Source: a virus
Reading direction: 5' to 3' (one strand)
Virus record (IMG/VR): IMGVR_UViG_3300035157_000972
DNA: 64,000 nucleotides
Of the stretch, positions 1-10,195 are shown piece by piece (the first letter of the stretch is position 1; each line of letters begins with the position of its first letter). Position numbers and translations under genes: made by a program. The notes below the pieces were generated by a model. That model was not told the DNA's origin, did not search any database, and was given only the letters and a program-made list of their open reading frames with translations.

Positions 1-1
1 C

Positions 2-3000
2 AATACCTTTACAGATGTCATAAACATACCTAATCACAGATACTCATCAGGAGAATTGATACGGTATGGTGGAGGAACGGTATCAAATATCTCTGGTCTT
101 ACAGTTGGTAATGATTATTATGTTGTAAAGATAGATGATAATAATTTCAGAGTTTCTATTTCAACTTCATTAGTTGATTATGTAGAGATGACTCTACCCG
201 GAACTGGTGTTCATTCTTTCAACTATCCACCGGTATCCGTAACTATTGATGGTACACAAGGAATATCGACTTCTAATGCGACTGCATCTGCAGTGATAAG
301 AGGAGAAGTTGATGGCGTACACGTAAAAACCAAGGGTAATGATTTTGGTTCACTCTTTATAAACGATAACTTCAAACCTGATGCGTTGGTCATTGAGGGA
401 TCTAAATCAGCATTTGATCCAGTCATTGTCAATGGAAGAATAGATTCTGTAGCGATCAAGAGTGGTGGTAAGGACTACTTCAGTGTCCCTGACATGATTA
501 TCAATGGTGATGGTGTAGGTGCTAAACTCATTGCAAGAGTAGCGAATGGAAAGGTTGTAGGTGTAGATGTTATAACAAAAGGGGCAGGATATACTGAGAA
601 TGGAACTACAATTACTGCGAAAACTCCCGGATCTGGTGTAATACTATCACCTAATTTGAAGACATGGACTATTAATAATGTTCAACGTTACGCTAATTTT
701 GGTGATGTCAAGGATGATGATGGATACTATGGCGAACTAAAGGTAGCAGAAAACGGATATCCTTATGTAAATTACTATGCATCAAGAAAATTACGCGATC
801 ATTTAGAGGATGATGGCACATCACACTCACCAATACTAGGTTGGGCATATGATGGACATCCAATATACGGTCCATATGCGACTGCAAATCCTGATGGTAG
901 TGGACCTCTAAAATATCTACAATCCAGTTATGCCAAGATATCTGGACTATCAAGAACAAATGGTCCCGCTTTGACTGACTATGCTGCAGGATTCTTTATT
1001 GAGGACTATGAGTTCCAAGAAGGATTCGGCGATCTTGATGAGCATAATGGTAGATTTGCAGTGACACCAGAATATCCATTCGGTGTATATGCTTACTACA
1101 TCACAGTTTCTCCAAATCCAGTAACAAATCCTCTATCACCATTCAACAATAGAAGAGAACCTATATTTCCTTACATTGTTGGTGATTCATATAATTCAAC
1201 GTTATTACAGTATAATAATGAATTTACTTCAACACAAGATTCTTTACCTGAAGATTTATTAAGAAATACTGCGAAATATAACTTAGATGACTATCAATCA
1301 ATATCAGATGGTTCAAAAACAAAGACTAGCATAGCATCTATAAAGAATACTCAAAAGGGATCTATCGATAGTTTGAAGATAGTTGACGGTGGAACAAATT
1401 ACAATATAAATGACAAACTAACATTTGATAATTCAAAAACAGAAGGTTTTGGTTCATTTGGTAAGGTTACTGAATTAGTCGGAGTTGCTGCAACTGTTAT
1501 TACCTCTGCTGTACAAATCAAAGAAAGAATTGAACTAATTGCTAATGGTAGAACTGTAACAGGTATTGTCACTTCTGGTTTACATGATTATGAGTCTGGA
1601 ATACCCGTACAGATAAGTGGTATCTCATCTGCGATATACAGTGGATTAGAGGGAACATATCCAATCAAAGTCAAGTTTGTAAGAAGTGGATTAGGAACAT
1701 CTCTACTTGCAAGTGGTTTGACCACTACAATTACTCTTCGCGATGATATTAACATCTTTGATATCAATGATATCGTACAAGTTGGTGATGAGCAGATGAG
1801 AGTGATTGAACGTGATCACCTCAATCAAAAGATTACATTCTTACGTGCCCAGAACGGAACTACAGGTGCTGCACATACTGATAGAGCAGAAATCTACAGA
1901 AAAGAAAATAAGTTTACGTATGAGATCGATAGACCAATAGATGCTCCAACTCCAAAGAATGAATTATATTATTTTGATGCTACTGGTAATATTGGTGTCG
2001 GTCTTACAGGTGGAGTAGGTATCGGCACCACCGTATCGTTTGTGGGTGCAGGAAATATCTCTACCACTACATTTCTTCCAATCAAGTCAATAAGACTGCC
2101 CGGTCATCCATTTGTACACGGTGATCCTGTAACTTATACACCCGGTGGTGGATCAAAGTTATTATATTCATTCGATGGTAGTAATACACATTTCTTACCA
2201 GAGACAGGACTGTTTGTACAGAAAATCAATAATGATCTAATTGGTATAGTGACCAATGCTTATCAGATTGATAATAAGCACGATAGAGTCTTCTTCAACG
2301 GAACTATTGGTATTGGTAACAGTCATTCATTCAGAACAAATAGAAACGTTCCAACTGCAAATGCAACTACATTTGAAGTCACTGTTTCGACTGCTACAAC
2401 ACATCATCTTGATAGATTTGATGAAATAGACATGAAAGTTGTTTCTGCAGGATCAAGCACACTCAATATCAATTATGATCCCGGAACTAGATTTATAAGT
2501 ATTGGTTCATCAAATAATCCACCAATTACAACAACAATTGGTGAGCAACTTATATTTGACACTTCTGACAATGATCTATCAGGAACAAGACTAGACTTCT
2601 TCTTAGATCAAGACTTTACAAAGAGATTTGTCGGTTCTGGTAAATCAACCATGGAAAGAAGCGATACCTTGATTCCCGGAATCTCTTCTGCAAGAACTGT
2701 TTTACATGTCACTGAAAATGTGCCTGATGTTCTCTTCTACAAGTTCACATCTGTATCATCTAGCAAGTATGTTGATATTGATGAAGATGTGACTGATTAT
2801 GGTAAAATTATTGTAAAAGCAAGTGAATTTACAGGTAAACACTCTCTAACCACATCTACAGGAACCACCTTCAAATTCTTTACTGGGGGACTACCAGAAA
2901 GAGTTGGATATACAAGTGAATCTAGTATTACTTACACTACATCTTCTGCAAACGCTCGTGGACCTATTTCTAAGGTTTTACTAGAAGAAGGTGGAATAAA

Positions 3001-5500
3001 CTACAAAGATCTTCCAAAAGTATCTGTTGCTTCTACCACAGGTAAATCAGCAGTCATATTAGCAGAAACTGAAACTGCAGGTAAATTACTCACTACAGAA
3101 ATTCTAGAATTTGGATATGATTATCCTTCAGACCCCACATTGAAACCTGAAGCATCTGTACCTAATATTATTACTCTAAAAGACAATTTCAGTCTAAAAT
3201 CTATAGGAATCACTTCTACAGGTTCTAATTATCTAACTGCACCTGATGTCATCGTTTATAACAGACAAGATGATGTTGTAAACACAAGTATTGAGGCAGT
3301 AGCAAATCTAGAAGGATCCTCTGTCAATAGTGTTAGAATTATCAATTCTGGTGGTAATTTGAAGAGCACAGACACTGAAGTCTTTGCTGTCAACAATACA
3401 AACGGTGTTGGTATTATAAGTGCCACATATTCAGATCCTACAGTTACCTTGAGGTTACAAACACCTTCTGGTGGATTTACAACAGCATTACCTTTACCAT
3501 TTACTATTGGAGATGAAATCTTTGTTGAAAACGTTGGAGTATCAACTGGGCATGGATATAACTCTGCTGACTTCCAGTATTCATACTTTGTCGTAAGTGG
3601 TGTCAATACCAATGCAGGTCTTGTTGATCAAGCAACTATTACATATAATGTGACCAAAAATCCCGGAATTCATGATTTCCAGAATTTTGGTATAGTAACT
3701 AAAAAGTCTGACATAGCACAATTCAACGCTACACTTGAAGAAGGTTCTTTCTTCTCAGGTGAAGAAATTTACAATAACAATGCAGAAACAAACATCTCCA
3801 GAGGACAAGATAGTTCCACAAATATTATTCGAGTTGATTCTGTTGATGGGTTCAATATCGGAGACCTTGTAACAGGAAGAACATCTAGAGCGTCAGGTGT
3901 AATAGAAAGTATCACTCCAAACACAGGTAGATTCACAATAGGATCTACATTGAAAAGGTCGTTTGGATGGCAAAAAGATACTGGTAAAACTAACGAATTT
4001 TTCCAAAGAATACAAGATAATGATTATTATCAAAACTTCTCTTATTCTCTCAAATCTCTTGTAGGAATATCAAGTTGGAGTGAACCAGTTGACTCACTGG
4101 CACACCCTGCAGGATTCAAGAAACATTCAGATCTATTAGTTCCATCAGTTGCATCTGTTGGATTAGGATCTACTGTATCAGCAAAAGAACAAACCATTTC
4201 TTCTTTGGTTCTGATTGATAATGTAGCAGATACAAACTGTAAGCATGACTTTGATTTAGTCAGAGAAATGACTGACGCTGCTCAAACTAAGAGTGATAAG
4301 GTTGTATTCAATTCTAATAAGTTTGGTGATGCTTTGGTTTGTAAAACAAACAGAGTTCTTGAGATAGATGATATAAGTCCACAATTCTATACTGATCCTG
4401 ATGTAAACAGATCTGTAGAATTAGATACTTGGTCTGCTGCCGACTTCACTGCAGTCAAATACTATGCTCAAGTGGTTCTTGATTCCACTGCAGGAGTATT
4501 AGTCAACGAGACTCAATATTCTGAATTTGTTGTATCACATAATGGTGTGGTATCAATGGTCAATCAATACTCAGATTTATCTGATTCATTTGATCTAGGT
4601 GACTTTACAGCAGATTATACAACTGGTGGTGATGTCACAGTATCATTCGTGCCTTATAACAGCACCTTTGTTTATGATATAACAGTGTATCGTGAGATCA
4701 TCAATAATGGAGTGGGTGCTGCTACTACCTCATATGGTGGTATAAAGAAGGTTGGTGTTTCATCTTTTGTTGCAGCATCAGGTTCTCCATCAGAACAGAT
4801 TATTCAATCAATTGATGCCAATGCATTCAAGTCTGGAACAGTTCTTGTTGCAGTCACTGGTAATCAAAAAGAGAAGGAAATCTTAGAAGCAAGTTTTGTT
4901 GGTATAGGATCTACAGTCCAATACATTGAATATGGCAAGATGAAGGAAGATATGGATTTGGGAACATTCAATGTGGGTATGACGACCACAAATGATATGC
5001 AGATCAAATTCACTCCTATCGCCGGTATGGGTGTGACAGTTGCAACACTGACCACCCTTGTAGGTGTTGGTACTACAGTTGCAGGAACTGGTATTCCGGG
5101 CGGTTCATATGAAGTGGGTGATGCATATCTTCAGTCAAATAGAACTGAGATATCAGCATCTGGAACTCCTGCTGCTACAAACGTATCTTCTTTATCATAC
5201 AACAATTATACCAGTGTTAAATATTACGTGGAGGTTGAGAATGTCACCAACAATGAATACTCAGCATTCCATGTCGCTGCCAATGCATATGATGGCGATT
5301 CTAATTATGTCAAGTATGGAAATGTCTCTACTGGTTTGACTGCTAAACGAGATATACAGAATACAGATATCACTGTTTCTGCTTCCAACTTACTTTTACA
5401 ATTTACTCCAATGGAGAATAGAACCTATGTTGTAAGAGTATCTGAAATAAGAATTGACAAACCAGATGATGTTTCTAACGACACTACGATAGAGTACTAA
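2..5500 (+). CDS. Baseplate wedge initiator gp7-like giant structural protein, 5'-truncated (frame is open from base 2); contains a YHYH-type domain
   Basis: No stop upstream of the TTG at 56 in this frame; G/T/S-rich beta repeats; HSPILGWAYDGHPIYGPY...DLDEHNGRF motif; IQDNDYYQNFSYSLKS...HPAGFK motif typical of cyanophage gp7; lies upstream of gp8. Confidence 0.75.
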   Translation, partial: NTFTDVINIPNHRYSSGELIRYGGGTVSNISGLTVGNDYYVVKIDDNNFRVSISTSLVDYVEMTLPGTGVHSFNYPPVSVTIDGTQGISTSNATASAVIRGEVDGVHVKTKGNDFGSLFINDNFKPDALVIEGSKSAFDPVIVNGRIDSVAIKSGGKDYFSVPDMIINGDGVGAKLIARVANGKVVGVDVITKGAGYTENGTTITAKTPGSGVILSPNLKTWTINNVQRYANFGDVKDDDGYYGELKVAENGYPYVNYYASRKLRDHLEDDGTSHSPILGWAYDGHPIYGPYATANPDGSGPLKYLQSSYAKISGLSRTNGPALTDYAAGFFIEDYEFQEGFGDLDEHNGRFAVTPEYPFGVYAYYITVSPNPVTNPLSPFNNRREPIFPYIVGDSYNSTLLQYNNEFTSTQDSLPEDLLRNTAKYNLDDYQSISDGSKTKTSIASIKNTQKGSIDSLKIVDGGTNYNINDKLTFDNSKTEGFGSFGKVTELVGVAATVITSAVQIKERIELIANGRTVTGIVTSGLHDYESGIPVQISGISSAIYSGLEGTYPIKVKFVRSGLGTSLLASGLTTTITLRDDINIFDINDIVQVGDEQMRVIERDHLNQKITFLRAQNGTTGAAHTDRAEIYRKENKFTYEIDRPIDAPTPKNELYYFDATGNIGVGLTGGVGIGTTVSFVGAGNISTTTFLPIKSIRLPGHPFVHGDPVTYTPGGGSKLLYSFDGSNTHFLPETGLFVQKINNDLIGIVTNAYQIDNKHDRVFFNGTIGIGNSHSFRTNRNVPTANATTFEVTVSTATTHHLDRFDEIDMKVVSAGSSTLNINYDPGTRFISIGSSNNPPITTTIGEQLIFDTSDNDLSGTRLDFFLDQDFTKRFVGSGKSTMERSDTLIPGISSARTVLHVTENVPDVLFYKFTSVSSSKYVDIDEDVTDYGKIIVKASEFTGKHSLTTSTGTTFKFFTGGLPERVGYTSESSITYTTSSANARGPISKVLLEEGGINYKDLPKVSVASTTGKSAVILAETETAGKLLTTEILEFGYDYPSDPTLKPEASVPNIITLKDNFSLKSIGITSTGSNYLTAPDVIVYNRQDDVVNTSIEAVANLEGSSVNSVRIINSGGNLKSTDTEVFAVNNTNGVGIISATYSDPTVTLRLQTPSGGFTTALPLPFTIGDEIFVENVGVSTGHGYNSADFQYSYFVVSGVNTNAGLVDQATITYNVTKNPGIHDFQNFGIVTKKSDIAQFNATLEEGSFFSGEEIYNNNAETNISRGQDSSTNIIRVDSVDGFNIGDLVTGRTSRASGVIESITPNTGRFTIGSTLKRSFGWQKDTGKTNEFFQRIQDNDYYQNFSYSLKSLVGISSWSEPVDSLAHPAGFKKHSDLLVPSVASVGLGSTVSAKEQTISSLVLIDNVADTNCKHDFDLVREMTDAAQTKSDKVVFNSNKFGDALVCKTNRVLEIDDISPQFYTDPDVNRSVELDTWSAADFTAVKYYAQVVLDSTAGVLVNETQYSEFVVSHNGVVSMVNQYSDLSDSFDLGDFTADYTTGGDVTVSFVPYNSTFVYDITVYREIINNGVGAATTSYGGIKKVGVSSFVAASGSPSEQIIQSIDANAFKSGTVLVAVTGNQKEKEILEASFVGIGSTVQYIEYGKMKEDMDLGTFNVGMTTTNDMQIKFTPIAGMGVTVATLTTLVGVGTTVAGTGIPGGSYEVGDAYLQSNRTEISASGTPAATNVSSLSYNNYTSVKYYVEVENVTNNEYSAFHVAANAYDGDSNYVKYGNVSTGLTAKRDIQNTDITVSASNLLLQFTPMENRTYVVRVSEIRIDKPDDVSNDTTIEY

Positions 5501-8500
5501 TGTTCAAGATAGGATCAGTAAATAAAAAATTCAATAAAGAGACTGAAACCTTTAGGTATTCATTTCATCTAACCCATAAGGGAGATCCTATCTTCCTGAA
5601 ATCTTTCAGTGGAGCAGATACTTCTCAGGTCTTACTAGGTTCAGACACGATTGTATTGCAAAATCATTTTTTCACTACAGGTGAAGAATTAGAATATTAT
5701 GCAAATGATACTGCAATAGGTATAGATCATACAAGTAGTGGTGTTGGTGCTGCTACTACATTACCAATGAAGGTTTATGCTATCAAGGTTGATGAGAATA
5801 AGATAAAACTTGCTGCAACTCCCGCATTAGCAAATGCAGGGACAAATATTGGGCTGACCACTGTTGGTGTTGGTGCAAGTCACTATTTTACTTCTAAGAA
5901 ACAGAATAGTAAAGTTATAGTAGCACTGGATAATATAATTCAATCACCAATCTACAGTAAGGTCGGTGCTGCTACTACAACAGTTCAAATTTTGAATAGG
6001 GTTGTTTCATTATATGATGCTAGTCAGTTCAAATCATATGATCTTATAAAGATTGATGATGAGATTATGAGAATCCAAGTTGTTGGATATAATGGCAATA
6101 CAAATGATGTTCTTGTAGACAGAGAATGGATGGGAACTCAAAGAGCAACACATTCTAATGGTTCTGCTGTTCAATTAGTCAAGGGTGACTACAATATTAT
6201 CAAAGATAGACTTACATTCGCTGATGTTCCTTTTGGTGGTATCAAAGTAAATGTTGGGGTAAGTTCAAATCAATTCAACATAACCACGAATAGTTTTACA
6301 GCACTAACTGATTTTCTTGTAAGTGGATCAGAAGTAAGACTTAGAAGTGTAAATCCCCCTGCACCATTAGTGGGTAATGACAATTACTTTATTATCAAGA
6401 ATGGAGTAAATAACTTCTCTCTAGCATCAAATAGAGGAGATGCTCTTGTTGGCACTGCTATCACACTTACATCTGCAGGTGTAGGAACTCACAATTTCTT
6501 ATTCGTTGATACTTCTAACGGAAGTTCGTTCCAAGGTAGATCTTTTATGAGATCTGATTACACTGGCAACGTGGTGATGGACGACGTGTCTGGAGGTTTT
6601 ACTGGTATAGCGAAGACCTTTACTATAACAAGTGCAGGAGTCAATACAACAGGTATAACAAGTGATTTTGGTGCTATACTTGTAAACAATATTTTCCAGA
6701 AACCAGAGGTAGATTATGACTTCATAGGTGGTTCTGCAACTGGTATCACATCAATAAGATTTACAGGTAATAGTACAAATACTATAAATCTAAGTGATGT
6801 AAATGCAAATAATTTACCCAGAAAGGGTCTTATAGTTTCAATAGCAAATTCGGAGGGATATGGATATCAACAACGACAAGTGGGAACAGGAACCGCAGTG
6901 GTTACGGGATTTGGTACGATTACAGTTGCAATTGGATTTAGTGGATCCGGATACAGAAACCCTCCTACAACTTATAGAATTCTGGTCGATGGCGGAAATC
7001 CTACGGTTGGGGGTGCTGGCACATTTACAGTCGAAGGGGGGCATGTAAAAGATGTGTTCATGAATCCTGTAGGCACAGGATATACATGGACAGACGTTCC
7101 TAGAATTACTTTTGATAGTCCAGTTGGATATGATGATCTACAACTCATAAGTTCCTCAACTGGTGTAGGTGCATCTGTAACTGTGGATGTGGGTGCAGGA
7201 CTTAGCATATCGTCATTCAACTTGAATAATATTGGATATGGATTCACACAAGGAGAGCAACTAAGAATTGCAGGAATACCTACTGTTACAAGTATCGGAT
7301 CTACATTCCGAAATGCTGTATTTACAGTTACTGAAACAAGAGACGATGAGTTTGCAGGATGGGTATTTGGTAAGGTACAAGTACTAGATGATTTTTCTGA
7401 TGAGTTTGATGGTCGTAAGAAAGTCTTTACGATGACCGAAAATAAATCACCATTGAGTGTTGAGAAAGATCCCGGTTCACTTATTGATTTACAGCATAAC
7501 TTACTAATATTCTTGAATGATATTATTCAAGAACCCGGTGTTGCTTATGTCTTCAGTGGAGGAACACAAATTGAATTTACTGAACCTCCTGTAGAAGGAA
7601 CATCTCTACAAGTTCTCTTGTATAGAGGAACTGATTCTGATGTTGCTACAGAAGGAGCATTACAAACAATAAAAGCAGGTGATAGTATAAGAATTAGAAA
7701 GAGTAATGGTGAAATTACTCCTGTGACACAAAATGAGAGAATTGTTTCTGCTATAACATCAAGAGATACACTAAGAACTAACGTATATTCTCAACAAGGA
7801 ATATCGAATCAGATCACACCACTAAGACCAGTGGTTTGGTGTAAACAGCAAGACGATTTGATCGTTGATGGTGCTGTTGTAAGTAAGGCAAGGGATTTAT
7901 ATGATGCAAAAGTGAAACCTGCAGCGAGAATCATAAAAAGCATCAGCACAAGTGATAACACCTTCTACACAGGTGGTGGATCTGTTGTATTCAGCACGAC
8001 AGAAGAACCTAATACATCAACATTTGGTGTTCAAATAATAGATGCTGATAAAAATAACACTGGGTTTGGAACTACCACATTCACAAACCCTGTTGAGACA
8101 GTAACAGGAGTATCTGTTTCTGGAGATCATGGTGTGATAACTGGTATTGGAACAACTGCACAAGGAATACAGTTCAACATGCACATACCTCTATCTTCAC
8201 CAATCAGAGATAATGATTTGGGTGGTTTGACTAAGACAGGAATCTCTACAGGAGATTACTTCTTAGTAAGTAGATCAAATGTAGGAAGTGGAGTGACTGC
8301 ACTATCACAAGATAGAACAGTTGCTATTTCGTCATGCTCTGACCTTATAGATACTGTGTTCCAAGTGTCTCATATAGAAGATATCGCCCCTGTTGGGTCT
8401 GCATCTTCTGTTAGAGTTCATGTAAACGTAGAGACCGGTCATGGTCTAAACTTTACAGGACTAGGTTCAGGGATTGGAAACTATTACGGTGACTATAGTT

Positions 8501-8628
8501 GGGCAAAATTCAGTTCATCTAGAACCACTGGAATAGCATTTACTTGCAATACCTCAGACGGACTTACAGGTCTGTCTACTGCACCGACAATAGTTCGTAC
8601 AACGAAACTATCACTAGATTATACCTAA
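5500..8628 (+). CDS. Virion structural protein resembling the C-terminal part of the cyanophage gp7-like baseplate protein
   Basis: TAATG stop/start overlap with the upstream gene; same repeat style; ends ...GDYSWAK...TAPTIVRT just before gp8. Confidence 0.65.
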   Translation: MFKIGSVNKKFNKETETFRYSFHLTHKGDPIFLKSFSGADTSQVLLGSDTIVLQNHFFTTGEELEYYANDTAIGIDHTSSGVGAATTLPMKVYAIKVDENKIKLAATPALANAGTNIGLTTVGVGASHYFTSKKQNSKVIVALDNIIQSPIYSKVGAATTTVQILNRVVSLYDASQFKSYDLIKIDDEIMRIQVVGYNGNTNDVLVDREWMGTQRATHSNGSAVQLVKGDYNIIKDRLTFADVPFGGIKVNVGVSSNQFNITTNSFTALTDFLVSGSEVRLRSVNPPAPLVGNDNYFIIKNGVNNFSLASNRGDALVGTAITLTSAGVGTHNFLFVDTSNGSSFQGRSFMRSDYTGNVVMDDVSGGFTGIAKTFTITSAGVNTTGITSDFGAILVNNIFQKPEVDYDFIGGSATGITSIRFTGNSTNTINLSDVNANNLPRKGLIVSIANSEGYGYQQRQVGTGTAVVTGFGTITVAIGFSGSGYRNPPTTYRILVDGGNPTVGGAGTFTVEGGHVKDVFMNPVGTGYTWTDVPRITFDSPVGYDDLQLISSSTGVGASVTVDVGAGLSISSFNLNNIGYGFTQGEQLRIAGIPTVTSIGSTFRNAVFTVTETRDDEFAGWVFGKVQVLDDFSDEFDGRKKVFTMTENKSPLSVEKDPGSLIDLQHNLLIFLNDIIQEPGVAYVFSGGTQIEFTEPPVEGTSLQVLLYRGTDSDVATEGALQTIKAGDSIRIRKSNGEITPVTQNERIVSAITSRDTLRTNVYSQQGISNQITPLRPVVWCKQQDDLIVDGAVVSKARDLYDAKVKPAARIIKSISTSDNTFYTGGGSVVFSTTEEPNTSTFGVQIIDADKNNTGFGTTTFTNPVETVTGVSVSGDHGVITGIGTTAQGIQFNMHIPLSSPIRDNDLGGLTKTGISTGDYFLVSRSNVGSGVTALSQDRTVAISSCSDLIDTVFQVSHIEDIAPVGSASSVRVHVNVETGHGLNFTGLGSGIGNYYGDYSWAKFSSSRTTGIAFTCNTSDGLTGLSTAPTIVRTTKLSLDYT

Positions 8629-8654
8629 ATAACACTATCAGTTTGTAGAAAAGA

Positions 8655-10193
8655 ATGCCTGCGATCATTACAGATCAAATCAGAGTATTAAATGCGGAGA
8701 ATTTTGTCAACGGAATTTCAACCACGACAAATAGTTACTACGTGTTTATAGGGTTGCCGAATGCTACGGAAATTAATTCAGATTGGAATACCAATACTCC
8801 GGCACCTATTGATAACTTTGACGATCACGACAACATATACGATACACTAATATCTGCTAAGAAAATCAATTCTAGCGATGTGCTTCAAGTTATAAGAAAA
8901 ATTTCTTGGACTAGCGGAACGATATACGAGATGTATCGTCATGATTATGATATTAATAATACAACACCTCAGACTAATTCATCGAATTTATACAATTCTA
9001 ATTTCTATGTGATGAACTCTGACTTTAGAGTTTATGAGTGTATATACAATGGAGCGAACCCCACAAATAGTGGTAAGGGTATTGCATCTCTTGAAGAACC
9101 AACACACACTGATTTACAACCTAGATTAGAATCTGATGGATATCTTTGGAAATATCTTTATACTATAAAACCAAGTGATATTGTAAAATTTGATAGTGTA
9201 GAATATATTCCAGTTCCACAAAACTGGTTAACTAGTTCTGATACTCTTGATGTAAGAAATGCTGCTGTAGATGGTAAGATAGAAACAGTGGTTATAGAAG
9301 ATACAACTTCTGCTGCTTATCAATTCAGTGGTACAAAAAATAATGTTCCAATTAGAGGAGATGGTCAGGACGGATTAGCATCTGTCACATTTGTGAATGG
9401 TAAACCAACGACTGTTCAGGTAACGAATGGTGGTTCAGGATACTCTTTTGCAACATTAGATTTGGATTCAGTTGTTACAGGATCGGGTGCAGAATTTTCA
9501 GTTATAATACCACCACCAAAAGGACACGGTGCAAACATATACACAGAACTAGGAGCAAATAAGGTTCTTGTATATTCTAGAATAGAAAATAGTGATACTA
9601 CAAACCCTGATTTCCCAACAGGTAATCAGTTTGCTCGTATCGGAATAGTGAAGAATCCAAATGTAAACGGAACCACTAATTTACTAACTGCATCAAGTGC
9701 AAGTGGAGTATATGGTCTTCGTCTTGCAGGAGCAGCATCCAGTACAATGAGTGTATCTGTTGATGGACAGATTACACAAACAATTGGTATAGGATCAACT
9801 GCAGTTGGAAAGATTATATCATACGATCCAGTTACTAAATTCCTGAGATATTGGCAAGATAGATCCCTTGCTACAAATAGTTCTTCAGGTGCAAATCCCA
9901 CCTACGGTTACCGTCTAAATAGGTTCACGAGCACTCCTGCAACAGGAGGTTCTATCAACGTTGTTGTGACAACAACCACAGGAACAGAAACTGTAGGAAT
10001 TGAGACAACATTCACAGGTGTATCTACATCAGTGAACTCCAAAACATATTATTTTGGACAATCCATCAGTAGCGGTATTGCTTCCCCTGAGATAGAAAAA
10101 TACTCTGGTGATATCATTTACATTGACAACCGACCAGAGGTGACAAGAGCAACAAATCAAAGAGAAGATATTAAAATCGTCTTAGAATTCTAA
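8655..10193 (+). CDS. gp8: Baseplate wedge subunit gp8
   Basis: MPAIITDQIR start, YEMYRHDY, DGYLWKYLYTI, C-terminal SGDIIYIDNR...QREDIKIVLEF. Confidence 0.9.
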   Translation: MPAIITDQIRVLNAENFVNGISTTTNSYYVFIGLPNATEINSDWNTNTPAPIDNFDDHDNIYDTLISAKKINSSDVLQVIRKISWTSGTIYEMYRHDYDINNTTPQTNSSNLYNSNFYVMNSDFRVYECIYNGANPTNSGKGIASLEEPTHTDLQPRLESDGYLWKYLYTIKPSDIVKFDSVEYIPVPQNWLTSSDTLDVRNAAVDGKIETVVIEDTTSAAYQFSGTKNNVPIRGDGQDGLASVTFVNGKPTTVQVTNGGSGYSFATLDLDSVVTGSGAEFSVIIPPPKGHGANIYTELGANKVLVYSRIENSDTTNPDFPTGNQFARIGIVKNPNVNGTTNLLTASSASGVYGLRLAGAASSTMSVSVDGQITQTIGIGSTAVGKIISYDPVTKFLRYWQDRSLATNSSSGANPTYGYRLNRFTSTPATGGSINVVVTTTTGTETVGIETTFTGVSTSVNSKTYYFGQSISSGIASPEIEKYSGDIIYIDNRPEVTRATNQREDIKIVLEF

Positions 10194-10195
10194 AG

